Shown here in pieces: positions 39,808 to 49,107 of a stretch of DNA of 64,000 bases. The position numbers and the translations under genes are program-made. The stretch's first letter is position 1. Each line of letters starts with the position of its first letter. The stretch lies in NCBI GenBank assembly GCA_964510535.1, contig CAZECG010000010.1, positions 3,027-67,026 of the forward strand, written 5' to 3'. The stretch comes from an uncultured Muribaculaceae bacterium (GTDB taxonomy: Bacteria > Bacteroidota > Bacteroidia > Bacteroidales > Muribaculaceae). The notes below the pieces were generated by a model. The model searched no databases. It was not told the DNA's origin and saw only the letters and a program-made list of their open reading frames with translations.

Positions 39808-39816
39808 CACACGCCG

Positions 39817-41148
39817 ATGAACGTCACTCTCAACGACCGGCAGCAAGGCACCCCATCGGCAACCGCCGCCGATGCCAACGCCCCTATAGGAAAAGCCGAC
39901 AAATACATCTGGGCCGTCTACATATTCCTCTGCATCGTCTCGGTGCTGGAGATTTACAGCGCATCGTCGCGCGAAGTTACAGCCAACAACATTTTCGGCC
40001 CCATAATACGCCAGTGCATCCACCTGACCATCGACACGGCCATAGTGCTGGTGGTGTCGCGCATACACTATCGATATTTCAAAAGTGCGATTCCCCTGTT
40101 TATAGCCGTCAGCGTCGCCATGATGGCCTATGTCCTTGTCAACGGCGAGATTATCAACGGCGCCCGGCGCAGCCTGACATTGTTCGGATTCCAGATGCAA
40201 CCGTCGGAAATGATAAAAATGTCGGCAGTGCTCGGAGTAGCACTCGTCATGTCGTTGAGCCAGATGCCCCGGGGTGTAACCAACCGCGGAGTGGTGATTT
40301 CGGCGGCGATAGTGATTTTCTGCGGGGGGATGCTGTTCTCGCAGGGTCTCACCAACACCACGCTTCTTATGGCCATCAGCCTGTCGATGATGTTGATTGC
40401 CGGCATTCAGCTCAAGAAGTTCCTTATCGTGTGCATCGTCTACGGCCTGGCCGCCGGAGGCGGACTCCTCTACAAGATGCGCGACAAAGACAAGGCGGAA
40501 CAGGAACAACAGACTACCGAACAGGTGGCGACCGTGACAGTCAAGAAAGATGACGAGAAAACCCAAAACCGCCTCGGCACTTGGCAAGAGCGCATCAACC
40601 GATACCTCGGCGACAGCATACCTCTCTATGACCAGCCCATCACCACCAAAAACCGTCAGGAAATCTACGGTTACATGGCGCAGGCCCACGGCGGTCTCTT
40701 CGGGGTGCTGCCGGGCAATTCCCGCGAGACCTCGCGACTGCCCTTAGCTTTCAGCGACTATATCTACTCGATAGTGGTCGAAGACTGGGGTTTCGTCGGC
40801 GGGATGTTCCTGCTCATAACCTACTTGAGCCTGCTCGCCCGCGCCGGAAACATAGCGACCCGGTGTTCACGCGTATTCCCCGCGCTGCTTGTTTTGGGGA
40901 TGGCCGTGATGATAGCGTTCCAGGCACTGTTCCACATGGCGATTGTCACCGGGGTGGGTCCAGTGTCGGGGCAACCGCTGCCCATGATTTCCAAGGGCGG
41001 CTCATCAATGATGGTGACAGCCTTAGCGTTCGGAATCATGCTGAGCGTGAGCCGGTTTGCCGTGCGCAATGGCAAAAAAGAAGATATCAAGCGTGAAAAA
41101 GAGGCTCTACCCGAAAGCCTCCGCGCCGACAACCCCACACAACTCTGA
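39817..41148 (+). CDS. ftsW: FtsW/RodA/SpoVE family peptidoglycan glycosyltransferase
   Basis: 443 aa polytopic protein. 'FQMQPSEMIKM', 'SDYIYSIVVEDWGF' and 'GQPLPMISKGGSS' SEDS motifs. Confidence 0.92.
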   Translation: MNVTLNDRQQGTPSATAADANAPIGKADKYIWAVYIFLCIVSVLEIYSASSREVTANNIFGPIIRQCIHLTIDTAIVLVVSRIHYRYFKSAIPLFIAVSVAMMAYVLVNGEIINGARRSLTLFGFQMQPSEMIKMSAVLGVALVMSLSQMPRGVTNRGVVISAAIVIFCGGMLFSQGLTNTTLLMAISLSMMLIAGIQLKKFLIVCIVYGLAAGGGLLYKMRDKDKAEQEQQTTEQVATVTVKKDDEKTQNRLGTWQERINRYLGDSIPLYDQPITTKNRQEIYGYMAQAHGGLFGVLPGNSRETSRLPLAFSDYIYSIVVEDWGFVGGMFLLITYLSLLARAGNIATRCSRVFPALLVLGMAVMIAFQALFHMAIVTGVGPVSGQPLPMISKGGSSMMVTALAFGIMLSVSRFAVRNGKKEDIKREKEALPESLRADNPTQL

Positions 41149-41165
41149 CAGCAAAACGTATAGCA

Positions 41166-42302
41166 ATGATAATCAGCGACATATCACAGATTTCGACCCC
41201 CGCCGACAACAAGTCGCCCCGCGTAATCATCTCGGGGGGCGGTACCGGCGGGCATATCTACCCCGCCCTGGCCATCGCCGCGGCAATAAGAAAGAGCCAT
41301 CCCGACGCCGCGATACTGTTTGTCGGGGCTAAAGGGAGGATGGAGATGGAAAAAGTCCCCGCCGCCGGGCACGATATCATCGGGCTTCCAGTCAGAGGCT
41401 TCGACCGCCGCCGGCTGTGGCGCAACATCGGTGTGCTTCTTGACCTGCGAAAAAGCATGGCCATCTGCCGCCGTGTAATCGACCGTTTCAAACCCGACAT
41501 CACCATCGGGGTGGGCGGCTATGCCAGCGGAGCCGTGATGAAAGTGGCACAAAAAAAGGGGATACCCAATCTGGTTCAGGAACAGAACTCATATGCCGGA
41601 GTCACCAACAAGCTGCTTGCCAAAGGAGCGGGAAAAATATGCGTGGCTTATGAGGGAATGGAGAAATTTTTCCCCGCCGACCGCATCGTGATGACCGGCA
41701 ACCCTATCCGAGAGGCCATCGCGGAGCTGTCGCTCACCCCCGGGCAAGCCAAACAGGAGCTCGGATTCCCCGCCGATAAGCCCCTGCTGCTCGTCACCGG
41801 CGGCAGCCTCGGCGCGCGCACCATCAACGAAAGCGTCAACGGCGCGCTCGACGCTATCACCTCAGCCGGAGCTTCTGTTATGTGGCAAACCGGCAAAAAC
41901 TGGACGACAACCGATGCCGCCGACCGCTTTCCCGACGTGAAAGAGGTGAAATTTATCGACCGGATGGACTTGGCCTACCGCGCCGCCGACCTTGTGGTGG
42001 CACGCGCCGGAGCCTGCACTATCTCTGAGCTGCAACTGCTCGGCAAGCCCGCCATACTCGTCCCGTCGCCCAACGTGGCTGAAGACCACCAACGCAAAAA
42101 CGCCGAGGCTTTGGCGGTGAAAGACGCCGCGGTGATGATACTCGACGCAGACTGCCGCGAACGTCTGGCCGGCGAGGTGACCGCACTGCTGCAATCACCC
42201 GACCGCCGCAAGACGTTGGCCGACAACGTTGCCCGGATGGCGCTCAAAGGCTCAGCCGAAAAAATAGCCGCCGAAGCCATCAAACTGATTGACAATAAAT
42301 AA
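41166..42302 (+). CDS. murG: UDP-N-acetylglucosamine--N-acetylmuramyl-(pentapeptide) pyrophosphoryl-undecaprenol GlcNAc transferase
   Basis: 378 aa. 'GGGTGGHIYPALA' and 'AEDHQRKNA' MurG motifs. Confidence 0.95.
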   Translation: MIISDISQISTPADNKSPRVIISGGGTGGHIYPALAIAAAIRKSHPDAAILFVGAKGRMEMEKVPAAGHDIIGLPVRGFDRRRLWRNIGVLLDLRKSMAICRRVIDRFKPDITIGVGGYASGAVMKVAQKKGIPNLVQEQNSYAGVTNKLLAKGAGKICVAYEGMEKFFPADRIVMTGNPIREAIAELSLTPGQAKQELGFPADKPLLLVTGGSLGARTINESVNGALDAITSAGASVMWQTGKNWTTTDAADRFPDVKEVKFIDRMDLAYRAADLVVARAGACTISELQLLGKPAILVPSPNVAEDHQRKNAEALAVKDAAVMILDADCRERLAGEVTALLQSPDRRKTLADNVARMALKGSAEKIAAEAIKLIDNK

Positions 42303-42323
42303 CGAAACCGTTTTTTTCTCACA

Positions 42324-43715
42324 ATGAACCATAAAAACTTTGACAGAGCATATTTCGTAGGCGCAGGAGGCATAGGCATGGCCGCACTTGAACGATATTA
42401 CCTGTCGCGCGGATGGAAAGTGGCGGGATATGACCGCACACCCACCGACTTGACCCGCGCCCTATGCGCCGAGGGAGTCGACATCACTTATGACGAGGCG
42501 GCCGAATCAATTCCCGCATACTTCCGCGACCCCGAAAAGACATTAGTGGTCTACACCCCCGCCGTACCCGCCGAACATCCCGGATTCACCTACTTCCGCG
42601 ACGGAGGTTTCACGGTGATGAAACGCGCCGCGGTGCTCGGGCTGATTACCCGCGACAGCAAGGGGTTGTGTTTCGCCGGAACCCACGGCAAGACAACCAC
42701 ATCGTCGATGGCCGCGCACATATTGCACAGCTCGCCCGCAGGATGCAACGCATTCCTCGGAGGCATACTGCGCAACTACAACAGCAATCTGCTTCTGAGC
42801 GAGACGTCGCCCTACTCGGTCATCGAAGCCGACGAATATGACCGCTCGTTCCATCAGCTCACTCCATACATAGCCGTCATCACCGCCACCGACCCCGACC
42901 ACCTCGACATTTACGGCACCGAAGAGGCTTATCTCGAAAGTTTCGCACATTTCACCGAACTAATCCGCCCTGACGGAGCGTTATTAGTGCATGAGGGTCT
43001 GAAACTGCGCCCGCGCCCCGCCAACGGGGTCAAAACCTATACCTACAGCCGCGACAAAGGCGATTTCCATGCCCTCAACATCGTCAGCGGCAACGGCACA
43101 ATCACCTTTGACATCGCCCTGCCCGACGGGACCACAATCGACGGCATTGAGCTGGGTGTGCCCGTAGAGATAAACATAGAGAACGCCATAGCCGCCATAG
43201 CCGCGGTTTATCTCACCGGCGACCTCGACCGCGAAGCCGCCCGGCGCGCCATAGCGTCGTTCATGGGTCCCAAACGGCGGTTTGAGTTCTGGCTCAAAGA
43301 ACCCGGAGACCGCGGCAGAGCCATAATCGACGACTACGCCCACCATCCCGACGAACTGCGCGCCAGCATCGCCTCGGTGAAAGCCCTTTACCCGGGGCGG
43401 CACCTGACAGTAGCTTTCCAGCCCCACCTCTACAGCCGCACGCGCGACTTCGCCCCGGAATTTGCCGAAGCCCTGTCGCAGGCCGACCGCGTGGTTCTGC
43501 TCAACATCTACCCGGCGCGCGAAGAGCCTATCCCCGGCGTGACCTCCAAAATCATCCTCGACGGCATAAAAACCGACGATAAAATAATGATTAACAAAGA
43601 AGATTTGACCGAAACAATTAAAAACATTAACTTTGACATTCTGATGACGGTGGGAGCCGGCGACATCTGCGACCAGCTTCCGGCAATCGTTGGAAATTAT
43701 AAATCGACTCGTTAA
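42324..43715 (+). CDS. murC: UDP-N-acetylmuramate--L-alanine ligase
   Basis: 463 aa. 'GAGGIGMAALE' and 'GTHGKTTTSSM' P-loop. Confidence 0.95.
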   Translation: MNHKNFDRAYFVGAGGIGMAALERYYLSRGWKVAGYDRTPTDLTRALCAEGVDITYDEAAESIPAYFRDPEKTLVVYTPAVPAEHPGFTYFRDGGFTVMKRAAVLGLITRDSKGLCFAGTHGKTTTSSMAAHILHSSPAGCNAFLGGILRNYNSNLLLSETSPYSVIEADEYDRSFHQLTPYIAVITATDPDHLDIYGTEEAYLESFAHFTELIRPDGALLVHEGLKLRPRPANGVKTYTYSRDKGDFHALNIVSGNGTITFDIALPDGTTIDGIELGVPVEINIENAIAAIAAVYLTGDLDREAARRAIASFMGPKRRFEFWLKEPGDRGRAIIDDYAHHPDELRASIASVKALYPGRHLTVAFQPHLYSRTRDFAPEFAEALSQADRVVLLNIYPAREEPIPGVTSKIILDGIKTDDKIMINKEDLTETIKNINFDILMTVGAGDICDQLPAIVGNYKSTR

Positions 43716-43741
43716 CAAGAAGAAAAATTTATGCGTCGAAA

Positions 43742-44596
43742 ATGAAGAAACGCACGTTGATACGAGCCTTATTATCAGTGGGGTTATTGGCATATCTGGT
43801 GGTTGCTATCTCCCGCGCCGACGCCATGCGCGCCGATGCCAGGTGCTCGGGGATGGTGATTGACATCGTCGACTCGTCATCATGCCGCTTTGTCACCCGC
43901 GCCGGCATCGACCAGGAGCTAAACGGTCTCCGCGACAAAGCACCGTCGATGAGGCTCCGCGACATCAACACCGACGCTATCGAGCGCAAGCTCGACCTAA
44001 TCGACGATATCGAAGAAAGCGTGTGCACGCGCCTGAGCGACGGGACAGTGCTGCTGCGTGTCATCCCGATGCGCCCCGTGGTGAGGGTGTTTAACCCCGA
44101 CGGCACATCTTACTACGTCAACAAGGCGGGAAAGAAGATGAAAGCGTCGCTGAGATACCGCATGGATGTCCCGGTAATCGTCAACGAGGGTGACACGTCG
44201 TTCAATGCCGTGTCGCTGTTGCCGCTGCTCAACATCATCCAAGGCGATTCGCTATGGAACTCGCTCGTCACTGCTGTCAAAGTGACCCGCGGGGGAGATG
44301 TGATACTTATTCCGTCGATACGCGGCCATGTCATCAATTTGGGCGACACGACCATAGTTAACGACAAACTCGACAGGATGCTGACCATGTATCGGAAGGT
44401 GCTGCCCGTCAAAGGGTGGAACACCTACGACACCCTCTCGGTCAAATGGCGGGGACAGGTCGTGGCAACCCATCGCAACAAGCATCTCACCGACGACAGC
44501 CTCGCCGGAGAGGAAATCATTGACGAGGAGGGCGATGACGAAGGCACGATGATGGCCGACAGCACCGCCGTCAAACACACCAACAAACTATCATAA
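43742..44596 (+). CDS. ftsQ: FtsQ-like cell division protein
   Basis: 284 aa. N-terminal TM helix followed by a POTRA-like region. Positioned between murC and ftsA. Confidence 0.65.
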   Translation: MKKRTLIRALLSVGLLAYLVVAISRADAMRADARCSGMVIDIVDSSSCRFVTRAGIDQELNGLRDKAPSMRLRDINTDAIERKLDLIDDIEESVCTRLSDGTVLLRVIPMRPVVRVFNPDGTSYYVNKAGKKMKASLRYRMDVPVIVNEGDTSFNAVSLLPLLNIIQGDSLWNSLVTAVKVTRGGDVILIPSIRGHVINLGDTTIVNDKLDRMLTMYRKVLPVKGWNTYDTLSVKWRGQVVATHRNKHLTDDSLAGEEIIDEEGDDEGTMMADSTAVKHTNKLS

Positions 44597-44619
44597 GCAA
44601 CAAATCTAATCTACGATAT

Positions 44620-46041
44620 ATGGAACAAAAATATATAGTGGCTATTGAGATAGGCAGCTCCAAGATAAAAGGGGCGGTCGGCACATTCGACAGCTCCAAC
44701 ACCCTGACTGTGCTCGCGGTGGAGGAAGAGAAACTCACGGGCGACGAACTTGGCGACAGCGTGCGCTACGGCGTGATTCAGAACGTCGACAAGGTGACCG
44801 GCTCGCTCCAGCGCATCTGCCGCAAACTGGAAAGCTCGCCCAAAGTGTCGCCCCGTACAATCAGCCGTGTCTACACCTCGATTGGAGGCCGTTCACTGAT
44901 AGCCTCGACTTGCGAGGTGTCGCGCCAATATCCCGACGACATCGAAATAACCGACACATACTTCGAGCAGCTCAAGCGCGAAGCCCGCGAAAGCAACACT
45001 TCCGCCGACAAGGAAGTAATCGACGTGGTGACCCGCGAATGCCTAATCAACAACATGAGCTACAAGACCAGCCCCGTCGGGTTGCTGGGACGCAACATCA
45101 AGGCCACATTCAACCTCATCACCTGCCGCACCCCCGTGAAACGCAACATTAACCGCGTAATCAACGAGCGTCTGGGGTTTGACATCAACGGCTACATCGT
45201 GCGACCGCTCGCCGAAGCCAATTTAGTGCTCACCGACGAGGAAAAACGCCTCGGCTGTATGCTCGTCGATTTCGGGGCAGAGACTGTCAGCGCGGTCATC
45301 TACAAAAACGGCGCACTGGTTTATGCCGCGACCTTGCCTATGGGCTCCCGCAACATCACGCGCGATTTGATGACCCTCAACTTCACTGAGGAACGTGCCG
45401 AGGAGATAAAGAAAGTGGCAGGCAACGCCGACATCCAAGACCAATCGCAACGCCACAAGAACCCCGACAACCTCGACTACACTGAAATAAACAACTATGT
45501 CGCGGCACGCGCGGGCGAGATTGTCAGCAACATACTCGAACAAATCAACTATGCCGAGCTTAAACCGGCCGACCTCCCCGGCGGCATAGTGCTTGTGGGC
45601 GGAGGTGCGAAGCTGAAGGGTTTCAGCAACCTGCTCACAGCCCAAAGCAACATGAAAGTGCGCATCGGCTCCCCGTCGGGACTGATACGCATCGCCGATG
45701 GCAGCATTCAGCCCAACGATGCCGTCGATGTCATCTCCATTCTGGCCGATGCCGTCAAAGGGAACCCCGCGGAGTGCATGGAACGCCCCGCACACCCCCG
45801 TGCTACCGACCCCGACGGCGAAGAAGATGAGAATGATGAAGGTGAATCGCGCATAGGCGAGGATTTCGACGACGAAAACGATGACGACGAATCGCGCATA
45901 GGCGAAGATTTCGGCGGCAACCAGCCCAGGGGCAAATCTCGTTCGGGCTTCTGGCGGTCAATCAAAGACCGCGCCATCAAGCTGATGAGCGAACCTGAAG
46001 TAGGAGATGACGGTTATACCACTGAGGAGGAGGAGAAATAA
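44620..46041 (+). CDS. ftsA: Cell division protein FtsA
   Basis: 473 aa. Actin-like ATPase blocks 'VAIEIGSSKIKG', 'LVDFGAETVS' and 'GIVLVGGGAKLKG', then an acidic repeat-containing C-terminal extension. Confidence 0.92.
   Translation: MEQKYIVAIEIGSSKIKGAVGTFDSSNTLTVLAVEEEKLTGDELGDSVRYGVIQNVDKVTGSLQRICRKLESSPKVSPRTISRVYTSIGGRSLIASTCEVSRQYPDDIEITDTYFEQLKREARESNTSADKEVIDVVTRECLINNMSYKTSPVGLLGRNIKATFNLITCRTPVKRNINRVINERLGFDINGYIVRPLAEANLVLTDEEKRLGCMLVDFGAETVSAVIYKNGALVYAATLPMGSRNITRDLMTLNFTEERAEEIKKVAGNADIQDQSQRHKNPDNLDYTEINNYVAARAGEIVSNILEQINYAELKPADLPGGIVLVGGGAKLKGFSNLLTAQSNMKVRIGSPSGLIRIADGSIQPNDAVDVISILADAVKGNPAECMERPAHPRATDPDGEEDENDEGESRIGEDFDDENDDDESRIGEDFGGNQPRGKSRSGFWRSIKDRAIKLMSEPEVGDDGYTTEEEEK
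45844..45912 (+). repeat. In-frame 24-nt direct repeat (ESRIGEDF x2) inside the ftsA 3' region
   Basis: gaatcgcgcataggcgaggatttc at 45844-45867 and gaatcgcgcataggcgaagatttc at 45889-45912, identical at 23 of 24 positions. Confidence 0.9.
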
Positions 46042-46100
46042 ACCGATTCTCATTGACTAAACCGTTTCAACCACACGACCGAATAAACCAATAGAAGATT

Positions 46101-47459
46101 ATGACTGACGAAATCAAAGATATACTCGACAATCCTGAATTTCTCGCCGATGACCAGACCGGAACCGATATCAAGGTAATCGGCGTTGGGGGCGGTGGCA
46201 ACAACGCCGTCAACCATATGTACAAACAAGGCATCAAAGGGGTGTCGTTTGTGGTGTGCAACACCGACCGGCAAGCGTTGCTCAACTCCCCCGTGCCCAA
46301 CAAAGTGTTGCTCGGTGACACAGGACTCGGAGCGGGCAACAAGCCCGAGGTGGCGCAAGCCGCCGCCGAGAGCAGTCTCGACCGCATCGTACAGCTTTTT
46401 GAGGATGATACCAAAATGGTGTTTGTCACCGCCGGCATGGGAGGCGGCACCGGCACCGGCGCGGCACCCGTGGTTGCCCGCGTGGCAAAGGAGCGCGGAC
46501 TCCTCACAATCGGCATTGTGACAATCCCGTTCCTCTTTGAGGGTGAAAAGAAAATCCTCAAGGCCCTCAACGGAGCCGACGAGATGAGCAAAAACGTCGA
46601 CGCGCTGCTCATCATCAACAACGAACGTCTGACAGAAATCTATCCCGACCTCGACTTCCTCAACGGGTTTGCCAAAGCCGACGACACGCTGTCGACAGCT
46701 GCGCGCAGCATATCGGAACTGATTACCTGCAACGGCCATATCAACGTCGATTTCAACGATGTCGACACCACCCTGCGCAACGGAGGCACTGCAATCATAT
46801 CAAGCGGATTCGGCGAAGGGGAGCACCGCGTGACCAAAGCCATCGAAGACGCGCTCAACTCCCCGCTACTCAAAAACCGCGACATCCTCGGGTCGAAAAA
46901 ACTGCTGTTCAACCTCTACTTCTCCCGCGAAGCCGAGGACAGGTTCGCTATGGACGAGGTGCAGGAACTCACCAACTTCATGAGCCAGCTCGACTCGGGA
47001 GTAGATGTGATATGGGGAGTGGCGTTCGACGAATCACTTGGCAACAGCGTGAAAATCACCATTCTCGCTGCCGGATTTGACGTGTCGGTAAGGGAGAAAC
47101 CGGGCAACAATGTGGTTTTCGCCCCGAAAGCCGCGGAGAAAGACCCGGCGAAACGCCTTGGCGACGAATACGGCACCGAGAAGGTCGACAGCATACGACG
47201 CAACAAGGAGGTGAACCGATACATCATACTCTCGCCCAATCAGTTTGACGATGACACCGCCGTGGAGGCATTAGAACAGATGCCGGCTTACAACCGCGAC
47301 CGCAAGGTGGTGGACGAGCTGAAAGCGGCGCGAAACGAAACAGCGGCGCAGACATTGACCGCAACTGCCGAGCAACCGGCGAACGCAGAGCAAGGACTCA
47401 CCGCACCACAACCCGCAGCCGCAACTAACAACAAATCAATCGACTTCCTGTCAGACTGA
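46101..47459 (+). CDS. ftsZ: Cell division protein FtsZ
   Basis: 452 aa. 'GVGGGGNNAVNHM' and 'GMGGGTGTGAAPV' tubulin signature, a long linker and a short conserved C-terminal peptide. Confidence 0.97.
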   Translation: MTDEIKDILDNPEFLADDQTGTDIKVIGVGGGGNNAVNHMYKQGIKGVSFVVCNTDRQALLNSPVPNKVLLGDTGLGAGNKPEVAQAAAESSLDRIVQLFEDDTKMVFVTAGMGGGTGTGAAPVVARVAKERGLLTIGIVTIPFLFEGEKKILKALNGADEMSKNVDALLIINNERLTEIYPDLDFLNGFAKADDTLSTAARSISELITCNGHINVDFNDVDTTLRNGGTAIISSGFGEGEHRVTKAIEDALNSPLLKNRDILGSKKLLFNLYFSREAEDRFAMDEVQELTNFMSQLDSGVDVIWGVAFDESLGNSVKITILAAGFDVSVREKPGNNVVFAPKAAEKDPAKRLGDEYGTEKVDSIRRNKEVNRYIILSPNQFDDDTAVEALEQMPAYNRDRKVVDELKAARNETAAQTLTATAEQPANAEQGLTAPQPAAATNNKSIDFLSD

Positions 47460-47496
47460 ACCGGCCACAAAAGCTAACCGATAACCAGCGACAACT

Positions 47497-49107
47497 ATGG
47501 AGATAACCCTACCCCCAAAACTTGACGGTAGCCGCGACATAATCGACGGCGGTACCCGTCAGATAACCATCATAGGAGCCAACGGTGCCGGCAAAAGCCG
47601 TTTCACCGAGGCACTTGTGAAAGGGATGGAAGGGCGCGCGTTTCGCGTGTCGGCTCTCCACGCGCTCTATGGCAAAGACGCTCCGGGCGCGCCGCTGCCG
47701 GGGTCAATCGATTCGCTCTACGCCGAAGCCGTGGAGCGAGCCACAATAGTCCGCAACGACGCATCAAGCCAATTTGACCGTCTGATTGGAGTGTTGCTAT
47801 GCGAAGAGTTCGTCAACCTGTTGTCCTACAAAATAATGTCGGCCACCGACAGCACCGCTGCCCTTCAACCGACCCGCCTCGACACACTTATCGAACTGTG
47901 GCAGGAAATTTTTCCCGACAACCGCATTTTGCTCGAAGGCGGACGTATGCTATTCTGCCGCAATTCCGATACACAAGCTTACTCATCGCTTCGCCTGTCA
48001 GACGGCGAACGCGCTGTGCTGTACTACATCGGAGCCGCTTTGCTGGCAATGGAAAATGCCGTGATTTTCGTCGACACGCCGGGACTGTTCCTGCACCCGT
48101 CGGTCAGCAAGGCATTATGGGACCGTCTTGAGGGGCTGCGTCCCGACTGCACATTCATCTACACTACCCACGACCTCGAATTTGCGGGAAGCCGCACTGA
48201 CAATCTCGTGATTTGGGTCAGAGATTACGACGCGTCGGCCGTCAGATGGGACTACGACGTGCTGCCGCCAAACACGGGACTCCCCGATGAAATCTATCTC
48301 GCCATTATCGGTGGACGCAAGCCGGTGTTGTTCATCGAGGGTGACGATACCCACTCGATTGATTCCAAACTTTACCCGCTCGTCTTCAAGGGATACACCG
48401 TGAAAGCTCTCGGAAGCTGCAACAAAGTGATAGAGACGACGCGCACGTTCAACGACTTGAAAAGTTTCCACCACCTCGACAGTCATGGCATAGTCGACCG
48501 TGACCGCCGCGACGAGAGAGAGGTGGCATATCTGCGGCGCAAGAACATCCTCGTCCCCGAAGTGGCCGAGATTGAAAATCTGTTGATGCTTGAGGATGTG
48601 GTGAAAGCGGTCGCCAACCACCACAAGCGCAATGAGAAGATGGTGTTTGACAAGGTCAAGAAAGCCATCATAGCCATGTTCAAGGCCGACATCAGACAGC
48701 AGGCATTGCTGCACACCCGCCACAAAGTCAAACAGACGGTAGAATACCGCATAGACGGCCGTTTCCGAAACATCAACCTGCTCGAAGAACATATCACCGG
48801 CTTAGTGAATGAGATCAACCCGCGGGGCATATACGAGGAGTTGTGCCGGGAGTTTCACAGCTACGCCGATAACAACGACTACCGGGCCATACTGAAAGTC
48901 TACAACCAAAAGACAATGATTCAGGGCAGCAACGTGACCTCGCTTTGCGGAATCAAAGGGAGCCGCGACGAGTATGTCAAATCCATTATTTCAATTCTGA
49001 AGTCGGGCGGCGCGAACGCCGACCGCATACGCCGCGCGATTACCCGCGTTTTCGGGATAGACAGCATCGCCGACGCTGCCGCCGACGCAACACCAAAACA
49101 GCAATGA
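47497..49107 (+). CDS. Fused ABC-type ATPase + DUF4435/Toprim-like domain protein (OLD-family / PARIS AriA-AriB-like architecture)
   Basis: 536 aa. Walker A 'GANGAGKS', ABC signature-like 'LSDGER', Walker B-like 'VIFVDTP' and H-loop 'TTHD' in the first ~240 aa. These are followed by 'PVLFIEGDDTHSID' (Toprim Glu) and 'HGIVDRDRRDE' (DxD), typical of DUF4435. The stop overlaps the menA ATG. Confidence 0.65.
   Translation: MEITLPPKLDGSRDIIDGGTRQITIIGANGAGKSRFTEALVKGMEGRAFRVSALHALYGKDAPGAPLPGSIDSLYAEAVERATIVRNDASSQFDRLIGVLLCEEFVNLLSYKIMSATDSTAALQPTRLDTLIELWQEIFPDNRILLEGGRMLFCRNSDTQAYSSLRLSDGERAVLYYIGAALLAMENAVIFVDTPGLFLHPSVSKALWDRLEGLRPDCTFIYTTHDLEFAGSRTDNLVIWVRDYDASAVRWDYDVLPPNTGLPDEIYLAIIGGRKPVLFIEGDDTHSIDSKLYPLVFKGYTVKALGSCNKVIETTRTFNDLKSFHHLDSHGIVDRDRRDEREVAYLRRKNILVPEVAEIENLLMLEDVVKAVANHHKRNEKMVFDKVKKAIIAMFKADIRQQALLHTRHKVKQTVEYRIDGRFRNINLLEEHITGLVNEINPRGIYEELCREFHSYADNNDYRAILKVYNQKTMIQGSNVTSLCGIKGSRDEYVKSIISILKSGGANADRIRRAITRVFGIDSIADAAADATPKQQ

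Noticed and set aside
39457-40689. 410-aa minus-strand ORF antisense to murD/ftsW. Similar long antisense ORFs occur at 22413..23432, 13406..14149, 29274..30050, 46050..46739, 48115..48792, 43... 42984..43793 and 17990..18658.
   Set aside because: Each lies entirely opposite a confidently identified, motif-rich gene. Their translations are low-complexity Gly/Val/Ala/Arg/His-rich strings typical of stop-poor antisense frames in GC-rich coding DNA, and none shows a recognisable family motif.
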